From Lingula anatina (lineage: Eukaryota; Animalia; Brachiopoda): a stretch of DNA of 64,000 nt. The notes beneath the pieces are model-generated. The model saw only the letters and a list, made by a program, of their open reading frames with translations. It had not been told where the DNA came from and did not search any database. A program made the translations under genes and the position numbers. Positions 27,034 to 40,647 of the stretch are shown here, piece by piece. Every line of letters starts with the position of its first letter. Within the stretch, counting starts at the first letter, position 1. Location: contig CM120640.1 in NCBI GenBank assembly GCA_051362555.1, positions 7,998,001 through 8,062,000 on the forward strand. Direction: 5' to 3'.

Positions 27034-28317
27034 GGGGAGACCGGGGCTAGTTGGCCCAGTTAGACACTTTTGGCCTTGTAGAGCCAACTAGGAGTGGGTT
27101 AGAGTAACAAAACCGGTTTCAAAGTAAGCCCCATGAACTAAGCTACGTATGCAACGTCATTATTTTTCAAATATAATGCCAGGTGGCTCACAATTTGACA
27201 AAAAACGCAGTTGACGTCAGGGGGGCCAACTTGCCCCGCCATGGGGCAAGTTGGCCCCAGGGTCGGGGCAAGTTGGCCCCCCTATACGAAAATGAAGTAT
27301 ATATCCCATGTAAACGCCTTGAAATACATTTTTATGAATTTCTAATGTATTTAATTGATTTTTGAGAGTCTTTGATGAATAAACAGTTCAAATGAGGCAG
27401 ATTTATTGAGGTTTCCGTATGTCACGTTGTTGGGGGGGTATGTGTTGCAAGAACCAAAATATCTATCAATAAAATGTGTTTTGTTTGAATTAAGAATAAA
27501 TAAATAACGGTATAAAGAAGATTTTTAATGAATGAAAACAAATAATAAATTTTCTTTTTAAAAGAAAGTAACAAATTCAGTTTTAAACCATTGAGTTTGT
27601 TACAACAATGGTCTCTAGCTAGGGAGGGGTTGAAAATCCCCTTGGGGCCACATATAACACTATAAATACAAAGGGAATCCCCTTACAATGAATTAAGGCA
27701 AAATAAATGTTTTTCTACGGAAAGTCCAATGGATTTGCTTTTTAATACTTACAATCAACAGAATATTTCTAATATAAATTTTCAAAAAGACACCAGAGAG
27801 AAAATTCTAAAAAATCAATCAGACGGTAATAGACACCGGCAAGCTTTGTCAATTTCACCAACTTGTTTATTTCAAACAGCGTTGCGCGCAAAGGTTTGTG
27901 GGTAATATGAGGGTCCAACTTGCCCCGAGTCAAGGGGGCCAACTAGCCCCGGTCGCACATTATTTATTTTAAAGGATGGTAGCCATTTATGGTGCTAGAA
28001 TGAGAAACGATGATACATCTCTGTGAAACTTAAAACGATTAGCTTCAGTTTGATGCCCTATACATATCTTATATTCGATCAAAAGCCTATGACAATAGAT
28101 TTTGAAATCTCTTAAACAAAATTACTTTTAGGTGCAAAAATCGTTTATTTCGACTCACCGCTTTAGTAAAACTTTTTAACGTCTTACACTTCCTTAGCAT
28201 TGTAGGCTACGGTCACTTTGCAAGAGTATGTGGCCAATTTTTTTACCTCGTAGTTACTTTTTCATAAATTGACGGGGGGCCAACTTACCCCGGGGTCCAA
28301 CTAGCCCCGGTCTCCCC
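27034..28317. mobile_element. Tc1/mariner (pogo-like) non-autonomous element, 1284 bp
   Basis: TIR GGGGAGACCGGGGCTAGTTGG / CCAACTAGCCCCGGTCTCCCC flanked by TA on both sides; internal GGGGCCAACTTGCCCC repeats at ~27220-27280 and ~27910-27950. Confidence 0.88.
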
Positions 28318-29019
28318 TATGCTTCAAGCGCATACGTTATGCAAAAAGTGATAAATTTATCAACAAATGAAAACATTGCAAAGGTAAAGTTGATTAGAAG
28401 AGACGGGTTTAAAAGTGTAAGGGAATTCCTCGAAAACGAAATAAAGCCTTAGCCCTATATTGTTTTCCAGTCTTTGCCGTCAAGAAGGCCTACTTTTAAC
28501 CCTTTATATATTTCTGCTGCTCTTATTAATACTTTTTTCAAGAGACATCGTACCAAACCAAATAACTGCGTAAAAAGTAAAAACACTATCTTTACATCTT
28601 GGTGAATTAGTACCAGTCATAACTTTGTTTTCTTTTAGCTATTCTGTTTTCTATGTTTTTGTCATGGTTTCTTTTAAAGCGCCTCTCACTTGTAACCTGA
28701 TCTGTTGCAGAAAGGTTAATGTGTATAAGTCATGACATTTGTCTGAAGCACTGGGTAATCATCGAGGATATGTCCTCACGGTTACACGTGTCGAAGAGCA
28801 GACCACTTTGTTAACGCCTTGCTTTAGTTTTTGCTGCAGAAGAGCCTACGTGTAGCTTGTCATCCTGTAATGGCATTTATCACTGGCACACATTGTTCAT
28901 CTGTCGCTTGTGATGAATCGTCAACCAAGATGTGTTAAATCCTTGCCTTGGACCTACTTGTTAACTTAAACCAACGACTGGGCTTTGTACGTCATTCCTT
29001 ATTTTATGTTTTTATTTTC

Positions 29020-29021
29020 AT

Positions 29022-29064
<43 letters not shown>

Positions 29065-29068
29065 TTTT
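29020..29068. repeat. (TTTA)n microsatellite
   Basis: Directly visible. Confidence 0.95.
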
Positions 29069-30926
29069 GCATTGCCCAGAGACAATAGCCAATAATACTA
29101 TGAAGCAATATGGGTTTTTTTATATAAAGAAAATATTTAGTATTTCAGTTTAAATCAAGTGTCCTTACGTGTCTCAAATCCTCATGAAAATGAAATATAA
29201 TGGTTTTGGGCAGACACTTTATGTATCTAGACATAAAGCCAACACATGCCTGTGTCGTCCCCGTGCATTTTCCTCGATAACACAGAAAAAATGTAAAATT
29301 GTTTACTTATCATTTTAAAACTTACTGGAACGATCATCAGAACTAAGATTCTATGACTTTCTTCTTGAAATCATTTAGTTTCTAGTGATTTATTCAATTT
29401 CCGAGAATTTGCGTATTCAAGGTGGGACTTGAAGTCCCTTGGGTATGAAAACGTATGTAAACATGTTCTAAATGTCTACAGTTAAAGTACATAAAAATGG
29501 TGGTGTCAGGCATTATATAATAATGCATCAGGTTGACAAAAACACATTTTGTGCACTGGTATCGTGAATACCATCAAAGGAAAACCATGCTACTTAATAC
29601 AATTATTTACGGGAATGATTCTCAGGACTAAAATGCCGCTCGAGTTCAAAAATCAACCTGATGAGATTTTCCTTTGTTTCAACATTTCTTTCATTAGTTT
29701 TGGCCTGTATTTTCAGGAAAAGCATGGGAATGGGAGGCTAGAAACGGATAAAAGTATTACTGTGTTCTGTCAACCTTTTATATTTACAGTGTAAAAAGGT
29801 TAACTGTCCATATATCAGCTTTTATTCTGGTTTGTTGTTTCTAGCAAATGGTGGGTTGTCACGTCAACGAAGAATCACTGAACGCCATTTATCATTTTTT
29901 GTTTGTCTGATATTATGAACACGTTGTCTCAAATGTGTAACGCACGTACAGAAAGGAAGTGACATATCAGTATAGCGTGTTGAGAACAACTAAGATGTTC
30001 AAATGAAAAAAGAAATGTAATCAACAAACACCAAATTTACGTAAACATAATAAGAGTGGTTTAAAGGATTTAAAAAGGACCTATAAATGGACTACAAGTA
30101 CTGCTCGTGCCACTTTAGACCTCACGTGTTTATTAGAATTCCTTAAATTGTACAGGAGCTGGCGTTTTCGTGATAAAGTTTATTCTCTTATTTGCTCAGA
30201 TTGTTAAAACTTCTACAAATATAGTACTGAGAGATGTTCTCAAAGTCTTCAAAACCCTTCGTACGGCATTCGGTATTTCTGGTTATAACATATTGTGTGT
30301 CACGCTGACAATTTACCCTGCAAGTCGAAAGAGCTCAATAGCACAGAATTAAGGACAGGCTTATATTCGTCAGATCCGTCTGAATTATTTTTGAATCTTT
30401 CAAGTAACCCTAACTGAGTTTTGCTCTTGTCCAAAGCAATGGCATATTTCTATGGTCACTTGATATATGCTCTAATTATGTAAGCACCCTTTTGCAAATG
30501 TCAGATATAGCATATATTTCCAGTGAAACGTGTTATTCCAAATCCAAGAATGCTTTCTGAGGAGCAAGCCAACAATTGGTGATTTGAAAAGAGCTATTAC
30601 ACTCAGCCAAGTGCACTCCTGGGACTAAAACATTCAAGGTTGTCTCCTGGGCAACAGCTATACACATATAACGGTTTTAAAAAAAGCAACGTGTATAGCA
30701 CATTTGCATTGCTGAGCTGTAATAGTGATACAGTCTATAATATCTTAACAAGTCATGTTCTTTTGCTAAAACTTAAACTGTTTGGTCCGGTTTTGGTCAA
30801 ATTATACAAAATATGAGTAAATACAAGGCAAAGTTTACTTATCTTTGTGCAAATGGCGAATTTATCTTATTGAATTCTTTAAATGGGTATCCTACTGTAT
30901 GCATTAAATTAAGTAGGCCTATACAT

Positions 30927-33900
30927 TCACGATATTGATTGATCTGCAAGATTTACATCAAAATACAACTGGTTTTCAATGGTCTTTGGTGCGTGTCCAT
31001 TCTCTTGGTCATAATCTTTGCCAATTTGCAGATTTAAGTGAGGTTCATTTAATCCACCATACACCCTTCCATTATTTTCGTAGTCGTCACCCTCTCTGCT
31101 GTAATGCACAATTGGTTCTTCTTTGCTGTAAAACACAAGTCTACTTCTAATAACGATGATCACGATTACTAGAACGAGTATCACAAATAGCAAAGTGCCC
31201 ATTACGATTCCAACTATGGCAGGAACAGGAACGTCTAGGGCCTGACCCACATTTTCTTCAGTCCTACGAGCACCTGGTTTGATGACTATGTGAACGGGTG
31301 CCTTTGTGGAGCGATGTGTTTTGTCTGAATTGAAAAAAAGGTCATATTTCAATGAAAATTATTCGATTTCCAAAATGAGTAAGATACACAGAAATATATA
31401 AATATACATGTATCATCGATATCGGTTTGTTATTTGTACACAGACCTGGGCTACGTATCTCGAAATGTTCGCTATGTTGCGCACGTGTGCAAGTGTCTCG
31501 ATTCCATAACCGATTCTTTCGAGATACGGGGCATGGAATCGAGACGCTTGCGCACGTGCGCAACATAGCGAACCTTTCGAGATACGGAGCCCTGATGCGC
31601 TGATGAAATGTGTTGCGGTCAAGGTGATCCAAATGAGGGGGCTGTAAATCAACAAAAAATGTTCTACTGTATATCACTAAAAGACACAATTCTGTTTTAT
31701 ATGCATATATGATATCCCTCCATTTGTTTGTTCTTCTCTTATTTGCTATACTTAAATTTGATTTAATTGCGATATTTTGGCACATTGGACAAACCTGCGC
31801 TGCTTGTTAATGTGGGCGAAGCCACTTGTGTTGAATTGGTTTTTACCAGAGTCTCCTTAGGTGTGGTAGTTGGAACATCTACTGTAGGTGTCACTTTCCC
31901 TGTAACATATAAAAAATTCTTCCTTTTTTAGAAGAAATAAGACTACCTTACATACACAATCCAAACCAACACAAAGCTGATCGACAATGTCACGCAAAGA
32001 ATGCATGTCTATTGCATAAAGCTGACAAAAGAAGTAATCTTATACATGTTTTGATGAATTTTTGCGATGGAATACTTACCAATACATACTGGAGAACTAC
32101 ACCGACATCCCAAAAAGACAATGTCGTCAATTGAAACAGCCTTTCCGTGTAAAAATACGTCTGGTAATGTCGTTTCTATTGTTACCTAGAGATAACATAA
32201 CGTGCAAATAATAGCTTGAACAAAAAGGCTTATCATAAGTGTTCTGTATAAAACAAGATAGGATCTTAAAACAATCAAACAGTGAAACAGTGATGACAGA
32301 TTGTACACAACGTTAACTTGAAACCATCACTGTAAATGGTTTCTTTAGAGTGTTGGACACCCATGTTAATCACCTAGCTTTAAGGCATCTTTATATATGT
32401 CTATTTGATGAAGGGCAATCACTGCGATGATTCCAAGTTGCAAGCGTTGTATTTCAGAAATTGTAATTTTACAAATACGATATTGTGGGACAAATAAAAT
32501 CTTGTCAACGGTATTAATGTTTTCAGTGTTATTATATAATTGATTTCAAACTGTTCAGTTTGATTCGACAGTAGGTATGATGTTCAATCAAGTGAATGAA
32601 TGAAATGCATATTGCGGTTGGAATTTAGGAACCGCATTAGCTAGAATTAGTGACCTGGGTGAGTTTAATTATAGTAATGTTCGTCTCACACATTTAAATC
32701 TATTAATATAAATACAATGTCACATATAACGTATAGTGTTACCGTTTGAGAAAAAGTGCCCATGTGATGACAAGAGGTTCGATAAACTTAACATCGTATA
32801 CCGACGTCTCGAGTACGCAAGCAAGCGTTGGTGGGGAGAAATAAAATGTTTTGAGCACGTCCATAAACAATTCCATGCTATGCTAATATCTTCGTTTCAA
32901 CACGCTGGAAACAGTGTGAATTCATGCACTCTATGTTGTGCGTATTATCGATGACACATACGATACTCATACGTACTTCTTTACGCTAGGTGTGACAGTC
33001 TTAAAGCAAGTCTTGCATAACTTGCAAGGTTTAATTGCTCACTAACTGCACACTGCTCTATATTCTTATCTAATTGACAACTCAATCAAACTTAATCAAA
33101 ATGTTTTGATATTTATGAGATAATTACTTACACAATTCTAACTTAAATGATAAAAAATACTGCATCAATACCTCAGTGGGAAAAAAAACGTACCGTAAAA
33201 TCTCCTAAACTGGAATATTGACTAATGTCGATCGCATTAGAACTTTTCCACGTATCGAAACGAGTCGAGGTAGAAGACCAAACTTGGTACACCTGTCCTA
33301 CCGGAATTGTTGTTAATGATACTGACAGTTGAACTCCGTCGGCGTTATTGAAGTAATAGTAGAATTTCATATAACATGGGCCAGTGGTTCCTGATATAGC
33401 CGGTGACTGAATGGTTGTCCTTTCACTGTTTGGCATGCCGTTTGCCCAGTAAGCATACATAAACTGGCCCTTTGATCCTGCAAAGTGTTCAATATAAAAT
33501 AATGCACAAAAGGTCATCTAAATTGGTTAAGAAAAGGCTTCATTATACTGAAAATTGATCAAATTCGTGTTTTCATTCGACGACCTTTAATGAAATAGAA
33601 AAAGATAAATACAATGTAAAGTGCATTTTAAGATCTGTTCAGCAACTGTCTCTCTCTCTATGTGTGTCACGAGTTAAAGGATATCTTTCCTACAATTCGA
33701 CATGCAGACATTTTTTAAATGTTAAATGTAAGGCCAAAATGCCTGTAGGAAAATATGGAACGGCGCCCTTAGGCATTTCTCGATGTTATACTAATTGAAC
33801 CTATATGGTGGCATTTGGTTGAGTTTTGTGAGGAAATTCTGACTTCAAGTGCATCTGTAATGACTGAATTCCTGCAATGAATGAACACTTTTAACATAGA

Positions 33901-35223
33901 AGTGGCGAGACACTGAGAAGATAAAAGATCCTGCGTTTTTTACGAAGTTGATTTTGTCAATATATCATTTATTGATATTTATCTTCACAACTGATTTGTA
34001 TACATTGATATTTATAACAAAATCGACGAAGGTTTAGGTATTTCTTATAACATATATGACCAACTTTTTATAACAATTTCCCTCAAGCGTTTTTTTTCTT
34101 GTTCTAAGTAAATGCTGTCTGAACAGACTAAAAGATTAATCGCATTTGATGAGAAACCATACAAGACAAACGCGCCGTGGTCTTCAGGGAGACAGAGTGC
34201 AAAACGTATATGGAAGGAAAGATCAGATGGCAGTCGCAAAGTCATTCAACTGAAAGGTGACATTTCATACATGGTGCAAATACAGACAGCATCCCTAGGG
34301 ACTGAATTTTCAAATAGCATGCCGCAAAATTTCTTAGGTAACTGTAGGCTACTGTGCAAACATTACGTAAACACGGATTCTGAACAATGCTGCTTTCATC
34401 AGTTTATGTGATGACAAATGGAAACCTCGATGAGAAATGGTTTTCTTTCACTGAAAGAGACAGTACTTTCTTTCATCGCTGATAATAATAATAATAATAA
34501 TAATAATACAAAATTACAGGCCACTTCGCCATACCTACAACACTCCCAACTGTGTGGTCATAGTTAGGCATGCCTTTATTAGCACCGGTCCTCTGCCACT
34601 TGTAATTTGCACTGGACCATGCCACTGAATAACCACAATCAAAGCCATCGAATGTACATGGAGCCCCCAATCCTAAATCTAAAATAAAGTACAAACACGT
34701 GTTGTTAGGCACGTTTGAAGCAATATCGGTTTTTCGTTTCAGTCATAAGTGAGATATTGGTTTACTTGCCGACGGGAGTAACAAAGAATGGTATTTGCAC
34801 TGGAAGGCGCGTGTCTTCGATTAGTGAACTATAATCTCTGTTTGTGACTTTCAACAATGTCTCCGATTATCAGACGTGTGTTCGATTATTAAAATGTAAA
34901 TATCGATAATATTTTAATGTTGTCAAGGATACATAAAGAATAACAGTGACATCGTACCTGGCTCTGATACTACGGGCACAGCAGATGTGACGGTCGTGGA
35001 CACTGAAGAGCTTGGGGAGGGCGTGTTGATTACTGCTGGTACTGGAACATATGTAAGCTTTACCAATTAAGTACCAAATGAGAAACTTATTCCTTTTTTC
35101 AATTTTTGAGGAAAAACAGAACAAGATACACAAAGTAAGCTTGAGAGCCCCAAACTGTGGTAAAAGTATCAAATATGAATTTATGTACGTGAACATTTGA
35201 ATACTCAGTTTCAGTGTTTGTTT

Positions 35224-35266
<43 letters not shown>

Positions 35267-35504
35267 TTGTCTTGTTGTTACCTGTGCAGGGTGGAGTAGA
35301 ACAATCGCATCCGTAGAAAAGTACGTCATCAACAGAGGCGACCTTGCCAAAGGCAAAACCTGGTTTCATTTGTGCCCGAATCTGGACCTATTAAGACAAA
35401 AAATAAAGACTTCTAAACTTAGATAAATTACTTTAAGGAGCTTAACGAATTGCAACAGGGCAAGGCAAGCTTATCCTCTTTTGAAGTGTTTTTTTTTTAC
35501 TCAA

Positions 35505-35559
<55 letters not shown>

Positions 35560-38500
35560 TATCGCTCAAAGATATTACAAATATCTGTCAGCTTAAATTT
35601 TTTTTCTACCAGAGGAATGCCCTTGGGATTGTATAGATCAGCATTTCATTGAATTATAATGACGATTTTAGTCAGTTAAACCTGAACTTGGATGCATTTT
35701 AATAAGCCCCATAAGCATGTATTTGACAACAAAAAAATCGACTGAGTAGCTGAGTACCTGGAATGGTCCCCCAGAAGAGAACTGACTAAGATCTAAAACA
35801 CCACTGGACTTCCAACCATTGGTGGCTCCATTGCCTGGTTTGTACCAAATCCTGTTTGTTTGAACTAGATTCAAAGTTAGTACAAACACAGCCAGACTTA
35901 TGTCGTCACTGTTGAAATAGTAGAAGAACGACATGGAACAAGGTCGATTTGTCTGAGATACTACCGGTGACATCATACTTGTGGTTTGTTGGCCGGATGT
36001 TCCCCTCGACCACTTTGCCATCATGAATTGTCCTTTAGAACCTGGAGTACAAAAGGGTGTAAGTTTCTTGAATGTTAACAATATGCCATTTTTTTAAAAA
36101 AAAACAAGTCATGCTAAAACGCATAACTTTAAAATAATTACAGCTAAAAACAAAGGGGAATTCGTCGCAAAGAACGAGGAAATAAGTTGAGTATGAGGTG
36201 TAACAAGGTTTCAAGCGTATAACCAATCTATATTTTTTTGTGAAATGAGGTATAACAAACATGCCAAATTATTTTTTCTACTAGACAAGACTTCCTTATA
36301 TGTTGACATGTATGCAACTATTCGCAAACTGACAATCGTCTTTACCAAATACTCTTCCTATGGTATGATCTTCTGTTGGGAGACCTTTATTCATACCGAC
36401 CATCAGCCACTTGAAACTGTCTGGCATGTCCGCAGTGACGGTGTAATCGCACATGGCTCCATCGAATGTACATGGAGCTCCAAACCCTGGAAATCAAGAT
36501 AATTATGGAATCAATACAAAAATTAGGGAATTTTTTCTCATATTGTATGGTATATTTCAAATAACGTAAAATGACAAGTTAAATCTTCTCATACATCAAA
36601 TGAACTTTACAGCATATTGAACTTTACCAAGAAATCACTAATATAGCTTATTGTCTTTTTGCCATTGCGATATAAATATAAAAGAAGACCATCTCACCTT
36701 TTACCGCAGGAGTTGCTGCTGTCGATGAAGTGATACGCTGCACCGTTGATGGCGTCGTTGATGGAGTCAGTGTTGGCGGGGTGGTAGATGATGAAAAAGT
36801 ACCAGTTACTGGACCTATAGTACGAGACAAGATGTGTTTTGTACGCGTAAATACCTGTAGCTAAACCATAAAAACCATCATGCTGTGTCCTCAGCAGGGA
36901 GGTGAGATCGTCAATACAGATTGTAATGACCAGGGCCCGGTTGCACCATCCGGTCGTAAGTGAGGCGTAGCAGTTGCGCCGGCGTAAACAGGGCGCAAAA
37001 TGCTACGCCCGAGAAAAGCCAGTTGCACCAAACTGGAATAGTGTTTACGTCGGTCTTAACTTTGTCGTAAATTTACGCCTGCTAGCTAGGTGGAGTAAGT
37101 CGGTCGTAGCTCGTTTTGCACTATGGCTAGGCTGGCACAGAGAGAGTTTGATGACAATTACCGTAGTTAACGTAGATTATGTGGGTTGTTATTTGTTTGT
37201 TTCGACACGCCTTGGCTCTCAGCAGTACGGTTTCTATAATTCTTTTCACAATTTTTGACAAACCATAACTAACCATAGACATTTTTTATTCACATTTTAT
37301 ATCATTCATATTTTACTATATATAAACATAGAGACGAAAGCTTAAAATATCAACATTTTAAGGCTCATATAATATGTATTAGGTCTCTTGTATTTCTCAA
37401 TCTCCGAGATATAAGCTCGATTGAATTAAATGATACCTCGCGGTGTAACCATAGATAAAAAGGTCATGAAATTGTAGTAAAATTATAAAAAGAAAACAAT
37501 GCTGGCTTTTTTTATTATTTTCAGACTCAAATGTTCCAATAACAAATGTGAAAGTGTTCAAATCCATTAATAGAAATATGTACTGCCTCCAACGCGTTTT
37601 TCTCATTTACAACAGCATACTATAATAGCATACATAGCATACTATAATAATATTTTGATTCGGAATATATTTACGATTTTATTGCTATATATCCAAGACA
37701 ACAGCAAAGTTAACGTATTTTAACGTTCTTATTTCTAAATCAAAATGGAATAATGTAGCTCATTAATTTCTCCGTCACTGAAATGCTCCTTTTGAGAGTA
37801 AACCTGGCGCACGAACGCCAGGCGTTGCGGTTTACGACAGTCGTAGCCGAGTAAATTTACGCCCTGTTGGTGCAACCGGGCCCAGGTGTCTAACTATTTG
37901 TTACCAGGGCCGTAGCCTGAGCAAAATGCCAGGGGGGGCAGTAAGCGGACACGAGGGGGCGAAGCCCCCGAGGGGGGAGGGGGTGTCCCCCTACCAGTGT
38001 AGAAACTTCTAAATCCCAGGGGGGGGCAGCTGCCCCCCCTGCCCCCCCGGAGGCTACGGCCCTGGTTACATATGTAATGCGATGGAATACTTACCAATAC
38101 ATACTGGAGAACTACACCGACATCCCAAAAAGACAATGTCGTCAATTGAAACAGCCTTTCCGTGTAAAAATACGTCTGGTAATGTCGTTTCTATTGTTAC
38201 CTAGAGATAACATAACGTGCAAATAATAGCTTGAACAAAAAGGCTTATCATAAGTGTTCTGTATAACACAAGATATGATCTTAAAACAAGCAAACAGTGA
38301 TGACAAATCTTGCACAACGTTAACTTGAAACCATCACTGTAAATGTTTTTTAGAGTGTTGGACACCCATGTTAATCACCTAGCATTAAGGCGTCTTTACA
38401 TCAGCTTGATGAAGGGCAATCACTTTGATATGGCTCAAAGCTAACGATGTGCAAGCGTTGATTTTGAGAAATTGTAATTTCACAAATAATATATTGTAGG

Positions 38501-40613
38501 ACAAATAAAATCTTGTCAGTGGTATTATTGTTATGAACCATATAATTGATTTCAAACTGTTCAGTTTGATTCGACTATAGGAATGAAGTTCAATCAAGTG
38601 AATAAATGAAATGCATGTTGCAGTAGGAAATTATGAACCAAATTAGCTGGAATAAGTGAACTGGGTGAGTTTAATTATAGTAAGGTTCGTCTCACACATT
38701 TAAATATATTAACGTAAATGCAAAGTCACATATAGCGTATAGTGCTACCGTTTGGGAAAAATTGCCCATGCGATGACAAGAGGTTCGATAAACTTAACGT
38801 CGTACACGTCTCGAGTACCCAAGCAAGCGACGCTCGGAGAGAAATCAAATGTTTTGAGCACGCGTTCATAAAGAATTCCATACCCTGCTTATATCTTCGT
38901 TTCAGTACGCTGGAAACAGTGTGAATTCTTACACTCAATGTTGTGCGTATTATCGACGTCACATACGATACTGGATCGTACCTCTTTACGCTAGATGTGA
39001 CAGTCCTAAAGCAAGTCTTGCATACAGGTTACTTGCAAGGTTTAATTGCGCACTAAATGATGACACAATGATGTCCATTCTTATCTAAGGCCCCATTCAG
39101 AATAGGGTCAAATATGGCAACCCTCTACAAAGCTTGCCGTCTTATCCACTAATAGTCACTGAAAAGATAGCTCATGGGGAAATATTCAAGTGGGTCGGCC
39201 ATATTTGTTCCTCGGACTAGTTAGTCCCATATTCTGAATGGGGCCTTATGGACGACTCAATCAAACTTAATCAAAATGTTTTGATATTTATGAGAAGATT
39301 ACTTACATAATTCTCAATAAAATGATAACAATACTACATCAATACTTCAGTGGAAAAAACGTACCGTAAAATCTCCTAAACTGGAATATTGACTAATGTC
39401 GATCGCATTAGAACTTTTCCACGTATCGAAACGAGTCGAGGTAGAAGACCAAACTTGGTACACCTGTCCTACCGGAATTGTTGTTAATGATACTGACAGT
39501 TGAACTCCGTCGGCGTTATTGAAGTAATAGTAGAATTTCATATAACATGGGCCAGTGGTTCTTGATATAGTCGGTGACTGAATGGTTGTCCTTTCACTGT
39601 TTGGCATGCCGTTTGCCCAGTAAGCATACATAAACTGGCCCTGTGATCCTGCAAAGTGTTCAATATAAAATAATGCACATGAAGTTCTCTAAATTGGTTA
39701 AGAAAAGGCTTCATTGGACTGAAAATTGATCATTCAATGGGCTTCGAAAAAAAATATGAATACAATGTATTTAAAGATCTGTTCAGCACAACTGTCTATG
39801 TGTCACGAGTTAAAGGATATCCTTCCTATGATTTGATATGCGTTTTCAATTTTTCTGTATGGGACAAAATGTTAGGCAAAATCTGCCTGTATAGGAAAAT
39901 ATGGAATGATGTCCTTCAGTATTTCTCGATGTTATACTAATTGAAACCATATGAAGTTTTGTGAGGAAAATCTGACTTCAAATGCATCTTTAATGACTGA
40001 ATTCATGCAATGAATGAACTCTTGTAACATAGAAATGGCAAGACATCGAAAAGAAAAAAAAAGGATTTTTACGAAGTTGATTTTGTCAATATATCATTAT
40101 TATTTATCTTCACAACTGACTTGTCTACATTGATAATTATAAGAAAATTGACGAAGTTTCAGGTTTTTCTTTTCTTATAACATATATGACAAATTTTTAT
40201 AAAAATTTCCCTCAAACGGTTTTTTTTTCTAAGGAAATGCTGTCTGGACAGACTAAAAGATTAATCACACTTGATGAGAAACCACAAAAGACAAGCGTGA
40301 CGTGGTCTTCAGGGAGACAGAGTGCAAAACGTATATGGAAAGAAAGATCAGATGGTAGTCGCAAAGTCATTCAACTGAAAAGTGACATTTCATACATGGT
40401 GCAAATACAGACAGCGTCCCTAGGGACTGACCTTTCGAATAGCATGGCAAAAAGCATACCGCAAATTTTTTTAGGTAACTGTTCTGTGCAAACATTACGT
40501 AAACACGGATTCTAAACATGGCTGCTTGCATCAGTTTATGTGATAACAAATGGAAACCTCGATGAGAAATGGTTTTCTTTCACTGAAATAGACAATACTT
40601 TCTTTCATCGCTG

Positions 40614-40647
<34 letters not shown>

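Noticed and set aside
31342-31785. 147-aa and 80-aa minus-strand ORFs as an extra coding exon of the MAM gene
   Set aside because: They run through a palindromic MITE and are out of phase with the flanking phase-1 exons, which join directly in frame.
34112-34411. Plus-strand ORF conserved at 40186-40515 (possible nested antisense gene)
   Set aside because: Similarity is explained by the intragenic duplication; the C-termini differ by indels and there are no recognisable motifs.
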